A DNA stretch of 64,000 nucleotides from Bacteriovoracaceae bacterium (GCA_965217035.1 OZ244226.1:2586146-2650145), one strand, 5' to 3'. Positions 39,607 through 50,208 are shown, counted from the first letter of the stretch. Notes: a model not told the origin generated them from the letters alone. Translations and numbers: made by a program.

Positions 39607-40736
39607 AACTTTCTAATTTTTCAACTTCAGACTTTTTTCAAAATTATTGGCAGAAAAAACCACTTGTTATCAGACAAGCCTTACTAAATTATAAATCAGC
39701 TATTTCACCCGATGAATTGGCTGGCCTCTCTTGTGAAGAAGAAGCTTATTCTCGTCTTTATTTTAACGATCAAGGAAGAATTTCAGTTGAGGATGGACCT
39801 TTTTCTGAACAAAAATTTTCAACACTACCTAAAGATAATTGGACGCTATTGGTTCAAGAAGTCGATCATTGGTCTCCGAGTGTAACAGACTTTAGAGAAT
39901 TTTTTAATTTTCTTCCATCTTGGAGAATGGATGATGTCGCTATTAGCTATGCAGTCGATGGGGGGACAGTAGGAGCTCACCTTGATCTTTATGATGTTTT
40001 CATTACACAGGTTGAAGGAATTCGAAAATGGCAGCTTGAAAACAAAGCCAGGACTCGAGAGGAGTCTAGTGGAGATAACCTTGTTGATAATCCAGATGTA
40101 AAACTTTTAAGTAATTTTAAACCTGATAATGAATATATTCTAGAACCTGGAGATATCCTCTATATTCCTCCTGGATATGCTCATTATGGTATTTCTCAAG
40201 GGGAGTCCTTAAGCTATTCAATGGGGTTTCGAGCTCCAAGCACGAGAGATATCCTTTCAAGTTATTTTGAGTCTCTTATTAACCAAATACCTGAAGATGA
40301 ACTCTTTTTAGATAAAGGAAGAGTTCAAGTCTCACATCCGACTGAGCTTAAGATGTTTCTAAAAGAAAACTTACCTCAATGGCCTAAAGAATTTGATTTT
40401 CCGAATGAAGGTTTCCTTAAGTTTTTTGGTGAACTTGTGACAAGACCTTTGAGAGGGTTTTGGCTAGATGGAGAGATTGAGATAGATGACCTCCCTGAAG
40501 ACTTTGTTCTCAACAGGCTTGGATCGACTCGGATTTGTCATGCGAATCTTGAAAAAACCTATGTCTTTGTTAATGGCAAGTCATTTGTTCTTGAGAATAG
40601 GAAAGGTGTTGAAATTTTTCTCCAAGAGTATTCAGTGAATTCCAAAGAGATCAAAACCTTTTTGGAAGATAAAGAGTTCAAAGATTTTATCATTCAATTG
40701 GTAAGAACTCATGCTTACTCAATGGAGGAGCAATGA
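39603..40736 (+). CDS. roxA: JmjC/cupin ribosomal protein uL16 hydroxylase (RoxA/YcfD family)
   Basis: YWQKKPLVIRQ (upstream of listed start), WTLLVQEVD, WRMDDV, GAHLDLYDVF, EPGDILYIPP..AH, SMGFRAP. Confidence 0.85.
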   Translation: MKLSNFSTSDFFQNYWQKKPLVIRQALLNYKSAISPDELAGLSCEEEAYSRLYFNDQGRISVEDGPFSEQKFSTLPKDNWTLLVQEVDHWSPSVTDFREFFNFLPSWRMDDVAISYAVDGGTVGAHLDLYDVFITQVEGIRKWQLENKARTREESSGDNLVDNPDVKLLSNFKPDNEYILEPGDILYIPPGYAHYGISQGESLSYSMGFRAPSTRDILSSYFESLINQIPEDELFLDKGRVQVSHPTELKMFLKENLPQWPKEFDFPNEGFLKFFGELVTRPLRGFWLDGEIEIDDLPEDFVLNRLGSTRICHANLEKTYVFVNGKSFVLENRKGVEIFLQEYSVNSKEIKTFLEDKEFKDFIIQLVRTHAYSMEEQ

Positions 40737-41758
40737 GCCAATCTCTTTGGGGAGACTCTCAAACAGAGTTTTTCTACAATCTAACTCCTGAAACAACACT
40801 TAATGCAGTAGAAAGACTTGGTTATCAAGTCACAGGGAGAGTCCTAACTCTCAATAGTATGGAAAATCGAGTGTACGAGATTGAGATTATCAACGAAGAT
40901 TCACAATCTCCAAGTGATAATTTCGTTATTGCGAAGTTTTATAGACCTGGTCGTTGGTCACAAGATCAAATTTTAGAAGAACACCAATTTCTGTTTGATC
41001 TTCAAGCGGATGATATTTCAGTGATTACGCCATTTAAAATCGATGGTAAGAGTTTATTTCTCGATGAAAAGACGAATCTTTCTTATTGTCTCTTTCCGAA
41101 AAGAGGAGGGAGAATTCCTCAAGAAATGACTGACGAACAACTTGAAGTCACGGGGCGGATGTTAGCAAGGCTCCACAATACAGGATCTACAAAGCCTGCG
41201 GAGCATCGCTTAAGGATTCATCCTGAAAGTTTTGGAAGACAAAATCTCCAATGGCTTCTTGATAATAAAATAATACCTCCTCATCTTGAGGAGAGTTATA
41301 AATCACGAGTTTATGAAATCTGTGATCTTAGTGAAAAACTTTTTGAAGGGCAGGAGTCAATTCGAATTCATGGTGATTGTCACTGGGGAAATATGATTTT
41401 GAGAGATGAGGAGCTTTACTTCATTGATTTTGATGACATGTTAATGGGCCCTCCTGTTCAAGATATCTGGCTTGTCGTTCCTGGCACGGACCAGGAGTCC
41501 ATCATCCGAAGAAACCTCTTATTAGAAGCCTATGAATCGATGAGGCACTTTAGACGAGATTCTTTGAAACTGATTGAGCCGCTTCGGGCCTTAAGATATA
41601 TTCATTTTACTGCATGGATTGCCAGGCGTTGGGAAGACCCATCTTTTCAGAATGCCTTTCCACATTTCTCCGAGAATAATTATTGGGATATTCAAATTAA
41701 TGATTTGAATACTCAGCTGATTGCGATTCGAAACTTAAATCAACCTGAATTCTATTAA
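40733..41758 (+). CDS. srkA: SrkA/RdoA (YihE) Ser/Thr kinase
   Basis: LNSMENRVY, KFYRPGRWS, RIHGDCHWGN, DFDD, AWIARRWEDPSF. Confidence 0.92.
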   Translation: MSQSLWGDSQTEFFYNLTPETTLNAVERLGYQVTGRVLTLNSMENRVYEIEIINEDSQSPSDNFVIAKFYRPGRWSQDQILEEHQFLFDLQADDISVITPFKIDGKSLFLDEKTNLSYCLFPKRGGRIPQEMTDEQLEVTGRMLARLHNTGSTKPAEHRLRIHPESFGRQNLQWLLDNKIIPPHLEESYKSRVYEICDLSEKLFEGQESIRIHGDCHWGNMILRDEELYFIDFDDMLMGPPVQDIWLVVPGTDQESIIRRNLLLEAYESMRHFRRDSLKLIEPLRALRYIHFTAWIARRWEDPSFQNAFPHFSENNYWDIQINDLNTQLIAIRNLNQPEFY

Positions 41759-41787
41759 AAAAAGACCTCGCACGAAAGGCGAGGTCT
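41757..41787 (-). terminator. Intrinsic terminator between convergent genes
   Basis: AGACCTCGC/GCGAGGTCT stem with T-tract on the minus strand. Confidence 0.75.
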
Positions 41788-41799
41788 GGGAATAATTAT

Positions 41800-42333
41800 C
41801 TAAGATTTAATTTTAACATTGAAGTCAAGAGTCACTTCATCTTTAATAAGTTTATCACCGAGGTTTTTAAAGAAATTCTCTGAGTTATAGATAATTCCGA
41901 ACTTTGTTCTATCGAACTTCATTGTTCCAGAGAGGTTATTTCCTTTCTTTGTATAAGGAAAAGTTACAGTTTCAGTTTTTCCCTTGATAGTCAGTTCTCC
42001 CATCATTTTCTTTGGAGTCACTTTTGTAACTTTTAAAGTTGCTGTAGGGTATTTACCAACTTCGAGGAAATCGCTACTTTTGAGATGACCAGCTAGTTTC
42101 GCAGCTGTTCCTTTATCTTTAATATCACCAACGGTGAGTGAGTTTAGATCCATTGTGAAGTTTGCAGAGGTAATTTTACCTTCTTTCATCATAATTTTCG
42201 CGTTTTTGAGTTTTACGTTTCCATAATGGTTTTCAGTCAATTTAAATCCAGTCCATTTAAAAGTGCTGTTTTTGGTGTCAACGTTAGCAAACGTAGAAGA
42301 AACTAATAGTAGAGAAATCAAAAGAGTTTTCAT
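41800..42333 (-). CDS. YceI-family protein
   Basis: STFKWTG, HLKSSDFLEVGKYPTA, GELTIKG, DRTKFGI. Confidence 0.9.
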   Translation of the reverse strand: MKTLLISLLLVSSTFANVDTKNSTFKWTGFKLTENHYGNVKLKNAKIMMKEGKITSANFTMDLNSLTVGDIKDKGTAAKLAGHLKSSDFLEVGKYPTATLKVTKVTPKKMMGELTIKGKTETVTFPYTKKGNNLSGTMKFDRTKFGIIYNSENFFKNLGDKLIKDEVTLDFNVKIKS

Positions 42334-42430
42334 TTTATAACCTCCGTTTAAAAATCTTTAGAGATTAAGATGTATCAAAGTACCGTCTAAGTGAATAGTG
42401 AACAAGGCTTGAACGAAGGTTAAATTTAAG

Positions 42431-43105
42431 TCAACTTTTCTTAGATTCAAAAAATTTCTTTGAGCGTTTCGTGTCTCTGATCTTCATAAGTATCTTATGA
42501 TAGAAATAAGATGGTGGACTATTAGGATCTTGTTTATGATCAGGAATAAGTTGTAAACCTTTTGTCTTCATAAGGAGCTTATAAGCTTTTGGATTCTGTT
42601 TAAGCTTTTCTTTTATAGCTTGAAACATGATTCGATAATGAAATCGAGAGCCTTTTGCTTTGTCTTTATAATTGAACTTTCTATGTTTGAAGCTTACCCA
42701 TTTAAAGCTGTATTTCTTCATGATTTTTCCAGCTGCATTACCAGCTTCTTTAGCCTCAAAGCCATGCATCATCATAACTTCTGATCGAGTCAGGGGGTAT
42801 TCATCAATATAGCGATTTCTTTTATCTTTTTGGTCGCTTGGGTCAGGGTATTTCATCATTTGCCAGAGGCCTTCAATTGAAGCGTATTTGTCTCCAAGCA
42901 TGAAAAATGGGGTATGAGCAAAATTACTAAAAACACCGAGTTCATTTCTTTTAGAAAGAACGAGTTCTCCTGGTCCTGCTTCATGAGGAAGAATTTCCCA
43001 ATCAGGTTTATTGGGATCGTCTATTTTCTTCCACCAGTGCTTAGGGTACTTGGCGAAGCTAGAGAGGCTTAAAGTAAATAGAAGAAGTGTTAATAAGCTT
43101 TTCAT
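42431..43105 (-). CDS. Secreted NADAR-like protein
   Basis: Signal peptide; FSNFAHTPF..YASIEGLWQMMKY..KLKQNP..LLMKT..LMKIRD. Confidence 0.6.
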   Translation of the reverse strand: MKSLLTLLLFTLSLSSFAKYPKHWWKKIDDPNKPDWEILPHEAGPGELVLSKRNELGVFSNFAHTPFFMLGDKYASIEGLWQMMKYPDPSDQKDKRNRYIDEYPLTRSEVMMMHGFEAKEAGNAAGKIMKKYSFKWVSFKHRKFNYKDKAKGSRFHYRIMFQAIKEKLKQNPKAYKLLMKTKGLQLIPDHKQDPNSPPSYFYHKILMKIRDTKRSKKFFESKKS

Positions 43106-44142
43106 TTAGTAGAAAACTTAATAGCAACTGGAAGATGGTCTGAAAAGCCTTCATAGGTCTTAACATTGTAACTCATTGGAATTGCTTTCGCTTTGTGGTT
43201 TTTTCCATCATCATCTTGCCATTCGTACTCGCGCAGCATAAAGCGGTGAGCAACGATATCAAAGGTTTTGAAGTGGACTTGAACTCGATTAAGGTCTTCT
43301 TTAAAAACAAAGATTCTATCAAGAGATGACCAAACACCTTTGTACCAATGAGTTCCAGGAGCTTTTTCTTTTGAATCTTTTCTCCCTCTTTTCTCTACAT
43401 CAATAAAGTAAGGAAGGATATTTCTCCTAATCCCGTGAGGGTTATCAGTTTTTATCGTATTAAAATCACCTGCTGCAATTCTGATATCTGATTTACTTTT
43501 TTGAGCAGCTTCAAGAAGAACTTCTGAAGCTGCAAGACGAGTCTCATCCTTATTTCTTTGGCTTGGCCAATGGTTTGCAAAAACGCTGACATCTTTTCCA
43601 CCAATTTTGAGAATCGTTTCTAGAATACCGCGAGTTGCTCTGTGCTGAAGTTCAACATCGTGGTAGATCCTTTTGGCGACAGGAAAGCGAGAGATAATAC
43701 CGACATCAATTCCACGAGAGTCTGGTCCTTCGATAAGAGATCCATAGCGGTATCCCATTTGTTTCATGGCCTTTGAAGCAAGGGTTCTCATAACATCTAT
43801 ATTTTCAACTTCTTGAAAAACAACGATGTCAGGTCCACGGCCATTGTCATAGCTTTTAATAACCCTGGCGAGATTTTTAATTTTTCCTTTCATTGCTTTG
43901 AAGTCCCAATTGTATTCGAGACAGTTTTTTCTATAATGTGGGTTAGTTAAAGATTCACAATATTCTTGTACTTCTTTACTTTTATCTTTGAATGCTTTTG
44001 GAAGGTAAGTCCAATCTTCTTTCCCTTTATCGTGTTTCGTATTGAAAAGATTTTGAACATTGTAAGACATTACTGAAAAAGTTTTCGAGACGGCCATCAA
44101 TGGCAAAAAAACGAGAAGCAGAGCTAATGTCTTCATAATCAT
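43102..44142 (-). CDS. Secreted endonuclease/exonuclease/phosphatase family protein
   Basis: SYNVQNLF, FQEVEN, NHWPS, AGDFN, LDRI, SDHLPV. Confidence 0.9.
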   Translation of the reverse strand: MIMKTLALLLVFLPLMAVSKTFSVMSYNVQNLFNTKHDKGKEDWTYLPKAFKDKSKEVQEYCESLTNPHYRKNCLEYNWDFKAMKGKIKNLARVIKSYDNGRGPDIVVFQEVENIDVMRTLASKAMKQMGYRYGSLIEGPDSRGIDVGIISRFPVAKRIYHDVELQHRATRGILETILKIGGKDVSVFANHWPSQRNKDETRLAASEVLLEAAQKSKSDIRIAAGDFNTIKTDNPHGIRRNILPYFIDVEKRGRKDSKEKAPGTHWYKGVWSSLDRIFVFKEDLNRVQVHFKTFDIVAHRFMLREYEWQDDDGKNHKAKAIPMSYNVKTYEGFSDHLPVAIKFSTK

Positions 44143-44288
44143 CCTTGTTATAGGGGGTTCGAATTATAAGCTTGTTGACAAAAATGCTACTGTAAAAAAC
44201 TGAGAAAACAAGGCGAATTTATAGATGTAAGATGTCTTAATCAAGGCTTGAAAGTGTCAGAATTTTGATTAGTCGAAGTTAGGGTAAG

Positions 44289-45587
44289 TCAGTTTTTCTT
44301 AAGATGTGATTTTGCTCTTTCTAGCCGCTTTTGAAGCATTTCAAGTTTTTCATTAAGAGTGTCAGAATTCATATTGAATAATTTTTGTTTTTCCAATCTT
44401 ACATTAAGCTCTTGCAATTCTTTCCTGCAAGTCAGAATTTCGTTTTCGTAATGTAAATTGTTGTCATTGAGTTTCTGTTTTTGTGTCTCATAACTTCTCA
44501 TATATTTTTGAATTCTGCTTTTAGAGGTTGGAAAAATTGTTTTTTCATACTCTTCTTTTAGGTTTTGAATTTCTGTTTCAACGTTTACGAGGTTTTTATT
44601 ATTCTTCTTTATAGTATTTAAAGAACTCTCTATAAAATCTTCAAGATACGCTTTTCTTGCTATCCTCGATTTATAGTGTTCAACCGATATCGGGAGCGTT
44701 TCAATTAGATAATTCAAAGTTTTTACTTCATTTCGAACATATCCTAAGAAGTCGAGGGTGAAGCCTCTTTTGTAATTTAGATCGTTAAGGATCATGTTAT
44801 CAAATTTGTCTTCATCGATAATATTTCCGTTTTTATCAATGGAGTTATTCCAATATTTAACGATAGACTCAACTTCTGATGGCTTAGAGCTCCTTTCTAT
44901 CTGATAGCGCATTTGATTTGTGAAAGCCTGTTTCTCTCCTCCACTTCTATTTAGAGAATAAAAAATACCTTCTTCTAGGTTAAGGTGAGCTGCAGGTTCA
45001 TGGTTAATAAGGTCATTTTCAACATAATGAGTGAGTTCGTGAACCAAGGTAGAGGAAGCTTGTTCTTGGTTCAGTTTGTAGCCGATACAAATAGATGAGT
45101 TTTGACCATCGTATACCATTGAAGTGAATAAATTAGAAAGAGGTTTAATTCCTCTCACAAAAAAGAAGTTAGGCTTGAGAGATTCCTTAAACGTTTTTAA
45201 AAAATACTCTTCTTTATTATCTTTTATCTGGAAATTGGACTGGTATATGCGGGAAACATCTGCAATAAATTTCCCTTTTGTTGTTTTACTCTTAAATTTA
45301 CAGACATGAATGAGTTGTGTGAGTTCTTCATCTGAATCAATACCGAATCTTTTTTTTGCTTCTTTGATTAGATAGGCATACTTTGAGCTTTTAATTTTCT
45401 CAAGAAGAGGTTCTAGCTCTTTATAGTCAACTTTTTTGGATCCATAACCCTTTCCTTCTTCGATGGTAATCGATTTTCCATCCCCACTATACCAAGAGTC
45501 GCTTTCTTGAAAATCAAGAATAGGTTTACCTTGCGTAAAAGAATGCGCATTAAAGCTCAGAAATAAAAGAATCCATGCGACTTTCAT
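44289..45587 (-). CDS. Secreted HExxH protein with C-terminal coiled coil
   Basis: STLVHELTHY, GEKQAF. Confidence 0.6.
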   Translation of the reverse strand: MKVAWILLFLSFNAHSFTQGKPILDFQESDSWYSGDGKSITIEEGKGYGSKKVDYKELEPLLEKIKSSKYAYLIKEAKKRFGIDSDEELTQLIHVCKFKSKTTKGKFIADVSRIYQSNFQIKDNKEEYFLKTFKESLKPNFFFVRGIKPLSNLFTSMVYDGQNSSICIGYKLNQEQASSTLVHELTHYVENDLINHEPAAHLNLEEGIFYSLNRSGGEKQAFTNQMRYQIERSSKPSEVESIVKYWNNSIDKNGNIIDEDKFDNMILNDLNYKRGFTLDFLGYVRNEVKTLNYLIETLPISVEHYKSRIARKAYLEDFIESSLNTIKKNNKNLVNVETEIQNLKEEYEKTIFPTSKSRIQKYMRSYETQKQKLNDNNLHYENEILTCRKELQELNVRLEKQKLFNMNSDTLNEKLEMLQKRLERAKSHLKKN

Positions 45588-45647
45588 ATCGCATGAATTA
45601 TAAATGATATTAAGACACTGTTGGAAAAGTCTGTAGTATTTACAAGC

Positions 45648-46607
45648 CTAGCTTCCAAAACATTTTGCAAGATCGGAATCACTGGCAGGATAGCTCTTAT
45701 AGAGCCAGCTTCTTCGTCCTCTCGGAGAATCGACGCCTAGGTGGATACTGGTATTTCCAATCCCAACTGAGATATTAGGAACAGTTCCATCTTCAAGGTT
45801 CAACGAGGTATAAAGCGGGTTTTTCCAGTATTTTTTGCAGATATATCCTTGGATTTTCTTACGAACATTCACTCTTCCTGATTTACCTGCATAAAAAAGA
45901 TCAACCGCTTTTGCGAGGAGATGATCACTTTTTGGTGCGACTTTCACATTTTTTTTGGAGAGTTCTTTATTATAGCATTGAGAACGGTACCAGGAACCAA
46001 CTGAGAGAGGGTAGTTTCCAATGGCCTTTCGAATTTCCTCAGCGTGGAGAAAAAGAACGGCTCCTCTTATCCAACAACTCTTTGGAGGCATTAGGTTAGA
46101 TATTCCACATGTTTTTAGAATTGAAGCTGAGCCTTCAGAAACCTCATGTGCCGTAAAATTTTTTATCCCACTGAGCTGAAGAAATTTCTGAAATCCTACA
46201 AGTGTTTCCGGAAAGTCTTTACTATAAGGATAAATGGAGGAGCCTCCTAGGGATTCAATCCGAGACTTATAAAAGAAATACTCTTTCATCCCATTCGCAC
46301 TTGAGCAATCAGAATGAAATTCAGTTGAAAGTTTTGTCATTTCCTCAGGAGTCTCTTTAATGTACTTTGACTTTGAGGCAAGCTCTTTAAAAACTTCTCG
46401 TTTTTTCTTTTCTTCTTTCAGAAGTTCTTTTCGAGATTCTTCTAAAATTTTGTTTGGAATAGTCGATTCAGATGATTGAGAAATGTCTTCTTCTACATCT
46501 TCAGCGACCATAACAAATTCTTTTTGCAATTTACCGTTGTAATGACCGACTCCATTCCGGCCGCAGCTCATAAAAATTAAAAGATAAAATAAATTCTTCA
46601 TAAGCAC
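45648..46607 (-). CDS. Peptidase M15-family (D-Ala-D-Ala peptidase-like) lipoprotein
   Basis: Lipobox FMSC; SWYRSQCYN, SDHLLAKAVD, IHLGVD. Confidence 0.75.
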   Translation of the reverse strand: MLMKNLFYLLIFMSCGRNGVGHYNGKLQKEFVMVAEDVEEDISQSSESTIPNKILEESRKELLKEEKKKREVFKELASKSKYIKETPEEMTKLSTEFHSDCSSANGMKEYFFYKSRIESLGGSSIYPYSKDFPETLVGFQKFLQLSGIKNFTAHEVSEGSASILKTCGISNLMPPKSCWIRGAVLFLHAEEIRKAIGNYPLSVGSWYRSQCYNKELSKKNVKVAPKSDHLLAKAVDLFYAGKSGRVNVRKKIQGYICKKYWKNPLYTSLNLEDGTVPNISVGIGNTSIHLGVDSPRGRRSWLYKSYPASDSDLAKCFGS

Positions 46608-46769
46608 CTCTCTGGCTCAATGAGGAACTTACTATGGGGCAATCATGCTGCAATTCGTTTTGAAATTTTTATCTAGGGGGAATAACTCTTTGAATTTAAT
46701 AGAGAATTTCAGGGCCATATTGCCTATTAAAAAGCATCGAAAGAAGGTCTTTAACTCAGAGCAATGATT

Positions 46770-48152
46770 CTAACGAAAATGATAACCCTTTGGCTGACAG
46801 AACTGAAAAAGTCCATACTTTGAGAGTGTTGTTCCTAGCCCTGAATGCCCTCTGCCGGCCCAGGGTAAATAACCACTGACCCTGTCACAACAATTTAAAT
46901 AGCCAGTGCCTGAGTTAATTTGTTTTAAAAGTTTTTTCCCTCGTTCTTGATTCTTGCTGTAAACAGAAGAGGTGAGTCCATAGTTTGTATCGTTCATAAG
47001 TTCAACAGCTTCTTCATCTGAATCGACTCTCATGACTCCGATAACAGGTCCAAAAGTTTCTTCCTTCATCAAGTCCATAGAATGATCTACATTTGTGAGT
47101 AGAGTCGGTTCAAAAAAGTTTCCTTCAGAGGGAATCACTTTTCCTCCTACTTCCAGCATAGCTCCTTTATCAAGAGCGTCTTTAACTTGATTTTCTAAGT
47201 ATTGAAGATGTTGTTTTTGAGTCACGGCCCCTTGAGTTGAATCAGGATCCATAGGATCGCCAGCTTTAAGTGACTCTACTTCTGTTTTAAAAAATTCGAT
47301 GAAATCATCATAAACATCTTTATGAACATAAATCCTTTCAACAGAACAACAACTTTGCCCGTTATTATAAAAAGCACCTTCAGCGACGGCCGCAGCAATT
47401 TGTTTTGGATTGTCGATATCATCAGTAACATAAAGAGGATCTTTTCCTCCTAGTTCTAAAATGACCGGGACAAGTTTATGAGCGACAGCTTCTGCTATAA
47501 TTTTTCCTGTCCGATAAGAGCCAGTAAAAGCATAAGCATCAAAGTCCATTTCACAGAGTCGCTTTCCGACGCTTCCATCTCCTATTGCGAGCTGGATTGT
47601 TTCTTCAGGGAACCCTGCTTGGACTAAAAGGTTTCTAAAATGAGTTCCGGAAAGGCTTGAAAACTCTGAGGGTTTATACATCACTGTGTTTCCTGCAATA
47701 AGGGCAGGGATGAGAACATTCACGGCAATCACATAAGGATAATTCCAGGCAGAAATATTACAAACAATCCCATGTGGGTCTAGAGAGAGGACTTCTTGAG
47801 TTCCTTGAGCTTCATTGACGGCTTCGTCTTGAAGGAGTTGTTCACTTTGCTCAATGAAGAATTTTAAACGGTGGGCTGCTCCCTTCACCTCGTTTTTAGC
47901 TTCTTGAAGAGGCTTACCCATCTCTGAAGAAAGGTCATTGGCCAACTCATCAACTTTCTCCCTAAGAAGTTCACCGAAGCGCTTCACAAAACGAACTCGG
48001 TCAGCAATTGGGATCTGCCTGATCGTATCTTGAGCTTTTTCAAGCATTTGGAATTTCTCCCTAAGGCTTTCAACTGTGTCTGTTTGAAGAGAAGTGATGA
48101 TTTTATTCGTTGCAGGGTTTCTTATTTCCATAAAGTCATTATACTGATTCAA
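46770..48152 (-). CDS. Aldehyde dehydrogenase
   Basis: SAWNYP, KPSE, FTGS, LELGGKDP, GQSCCS, EETFGP; start may be 48131. Confidence 0.95.
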   Translation of the reverse strand: MNQYNDFMEIRNPATNKIITSLQTDTVESLREKFQMLEKAQDTIRQIPIADRVRFVKRFGELLREKVDELANDLSSEMGKPLQEAKNEVKGAAHRLKFFIEQSEQLLQDEAVNEAQGTQEVLSLDPHGIVCNISAWNYPYVIAVNVLIPALIAGNTVMYKPSEFSSLSGTHFRNLLVQAGFPEETIQLAIGDGSVGKRLCEMDFDAYAFTGSYRTGKIIAEAVAHKLVPVILELGGKDPLYVTDDIDNPKQIAAAVAEGAFYNNGQSCCSVERIYVHKDVYDDFIEFFKTEVESLKAGDPMDPDSTQGAVTQKQHLQYLENQVKDALDKGAMLEVGGKVIPSEGNFFEPTLLTNVDHSMDLMKEETFGPVIGVMRVDSDEEAVELMNDTNYGLTSSVYSKNQERGKKLLKQINSGTGYLNCCDRVSGYLPWAGRGHSGLGTTLSKYGLFQFCQPKGYHFR

Positions 48153-48174
48153 AATATTTTTTAAAGGATGGTCT

Positions 48175-48621
48175 ATGAGGGTTTTAGCTCTATTAATGTT
48201 TATTTTAGCCTTTAATTCTTATGCTGCTAGGAAAAGCTTTGTTCAAGTCCCAAGTGGAAATAGCGTTGAAAAAACAAAAGAAAGACTTGTTTCGATTCTT
48301 AAAGAAAAGGGAATGACTCTTTTTGCTGAAATTGATCACAAAAAAAATGCTGAAGCAGCGGGGCTTAAATTAAAACCGAGCCATGTTGTTGTTTTTGGTA
48401 ATCCAAAGGTTGGAACTGTTCTGATGAATGAAAATGCCTCGATGGGGTTAGAACTTCCTTTAAAAATTCACGTTTTTGTTGATGAAACTGATCGTGTTTT
48501 CCTCAGATATTATTCTCCAAAGTATTATGAGAGAGTGTATGGAATTAAGAATAAAAAAATTCTTAGTAAAATGACTGGGGCATTGAAAAAGTTTACGACA
48601 TTTGCTGCTGAGAAGATCTAG
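48175..48621 (+). CDS. DUF302 family protein
   Basis: FAEIDH, FGNPKVGT, GLELPLKI. Confidence 0.88.
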   Translation: MRVLALLMFILAFNSYAARKSFVQVPSGNSVEKTKERLVSILKEKGMTLFAEIDHKKNAEAAGLKLKPSHVVVFGNPKVGTVLMNENASMGLELPLKIHVFVDETDRVFLRYYSPKYYERVYGIKNKKILSKMTGALKKFTTFAAEKI

Positions 48622-49366
48622 CACATCTCTTTAAGAAGTCTTGCATAAGCGGGTCTGACGGAGGAACTTGCCCTTTTAGAGTATGTGAAAACTCTGGGTG
48701 CCATTGGACTCCAAGAATATATTGCTTTTTCATATCCTTGTAACAAATCGCTTCTACTATTTTGTCGTCACTTGAGTGAGCGATGGCCTTTAGGTCTTTC
48801 CCTACTTTCTTAATCGCTTGGTGATGAATCGAATTCACTCGGTAAGATTTTTCTTGATAAAAGTTTTGGAAATAAGAATCTTTTTTTATTTCAACTGAAT
48901 GAGCAAGGCTATCGTAAAGATCAGCATCTCTATGTTGAATGGCCTTAGGTTTTTCGGTTTCAATATCTTGATAGAGTGTTCCTCCAAAGAAAACATTAAT
49001 AAGTTGGCAACCTCTACAGATTCCTAAAATCGGTTTTTGTTTTTTTAAGGCAAGATTCATTAAATAAAGTTCAAAGCGATCTCTATAGCGATCTCCTGGC
49101 CATTTCTTTTTATTAAGAAATGGAGTTTTATAGCTTAAGGGGCTGACATCAGTCCCACCTTGAAAAAGAAAGCCATCAACCTCATCGATATAAGGTTTTA
49201 AAAACTTTTTAGGAACATCAGGTATTGGAATGACAATCGCATTATTTCTTGCGAGATAATTAGCCATATCCTTTTCAATATACATGAGAGTTTTCTTAGA
49301 AAATAAACCTCTATTTTTATCTGGGTATTGAAAAGCAAGAGGAACCCCGATCCTTATTCGATTCAT
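48593..49366 (-). CDS. Gamma-glutamyl hydrolase (peptidase C26, PuuD-like)
   Basis: GGTDV, GICRGCQ, NSIHHQA, GVQWHPE. Confidence 0.9.
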   Translation of the reverse strand: MNRIRIGVPLAFQYPDKNRGLFSKKTLMYIEKDMANYLARNNAIVIPIPDVPKKFLKPYIDEVDGFLFQGGTDVSPLSYKTPFLNKKKWPGDRYRDRFELYLMNLALKKQKPILGICRGCQLINVFFGGTLYQDIETEKPKAIQHRDADLYDSLAHSVEIKKDSYFQNFYQEKSYRVNSIHHQAIKKVGKDLKAIAHSSDDKIVEAICYKDMKKQYILGVQWHPEFSHTLKGQVPPSDPLMQDFLKRCARSSQQQMS

Positions 49367-50208
49367 TGCGGTTTACATCCTTTCACGGTAATTCTTCGTA
49401 ATTGCCTATAAGAATGATGAAGGTAATCATTGACTGGGCGATGGATGGTCGAACGGTTATCCCAGATAGCAAAAGAGTTTTTTCTCCATCGGAAGCGAAC
49501 AGTAAATTCTTCTTGAATCATATGTCTATAGATAAAGCAGAGAATTTCATCACTTTCTTTTTTATCGATCCCAACAATATGGGTTGTAAATAGTGGATTT
49601 ACAAACAAACCTTTTCTTCCTGAGATGGGATGAGTCCTGATGATAGGATGTTCAACAGGAGGGTTATTCTTAATTGCTTCAGCAAAGTGATCTTCTCCTT
49701 TTTCGGCAATACTTTCTTTGAAGCCGTATTTAAAATCATGAACGGCCTTTTTATCTTTGATTTTATTTTTTATTTCTTGAGGAAGAGCTTCGTAAGCAGC
49801 ATGGCTACTTCCCCACATTGTATCACCGCCGACGGGAGGTATATCCCAACCTCTTAAAAAGGAACCCATGGGAGGATTTTCTGAGAAAGTCATGTCTGTA
49901 TGCCATAATTCAATTTTTGTAGGGTTGTTGGGAGTACTTTCTAGAATACAAATTTCCGGAAAACCTTCTACGTGGTTATAGGCAGGATGAATATGAGGCT
50001 CCCCAAAAAAGGCAGCAATATCTCGATGATTTTCTGGGCTTAAGTTTTGATCTCTAAAAAAAAGAACTTGGTAATGAACAAGTGCTTGTTCTAGAGAAGC
50101 AAGTTCTTTTTGAGAGAGTTTCTGAGTAAGGTCGATGTTAGAGATTTCTGCGCCAATATTGACGGTAACAGGTTCACAAATAAAGGTTCCAAATTGCTTC
50201 GTTTCCAT
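49363..50208 (-). CDS. tauD: Taurine dioxygenase (TauD/TfdA family)
   Basis: WHTDMTF, GGDTMW, HPIIRTHP, WDNRSTIH. Confidence 0.88.
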   Translation of the reverse strand: METKQFGTFICEPVTVNIGAEISNIDLTQKLSQKELASLEQALVHYQVLFFRDQNLSPENHRDIAAFFGEPHIHPAYNHVEGFPEICILESTPNNPTKIELWHTDMTFSENPPMGSFLRGWDIPPVGGDTMWGSSHAAYEALPQEIKNKIKDKKAVHDFKYGFKESIAEKGEDHFAEAIKNNPPVEHPIIRTHPISGRKGLFVNPLFTTHIVGIDKKESDEILCFIYRHMIQEEFTVRFRWRKNSFAIWDNRSTIHRPVNDYLHHSYRQLRRITVKGCKPQ

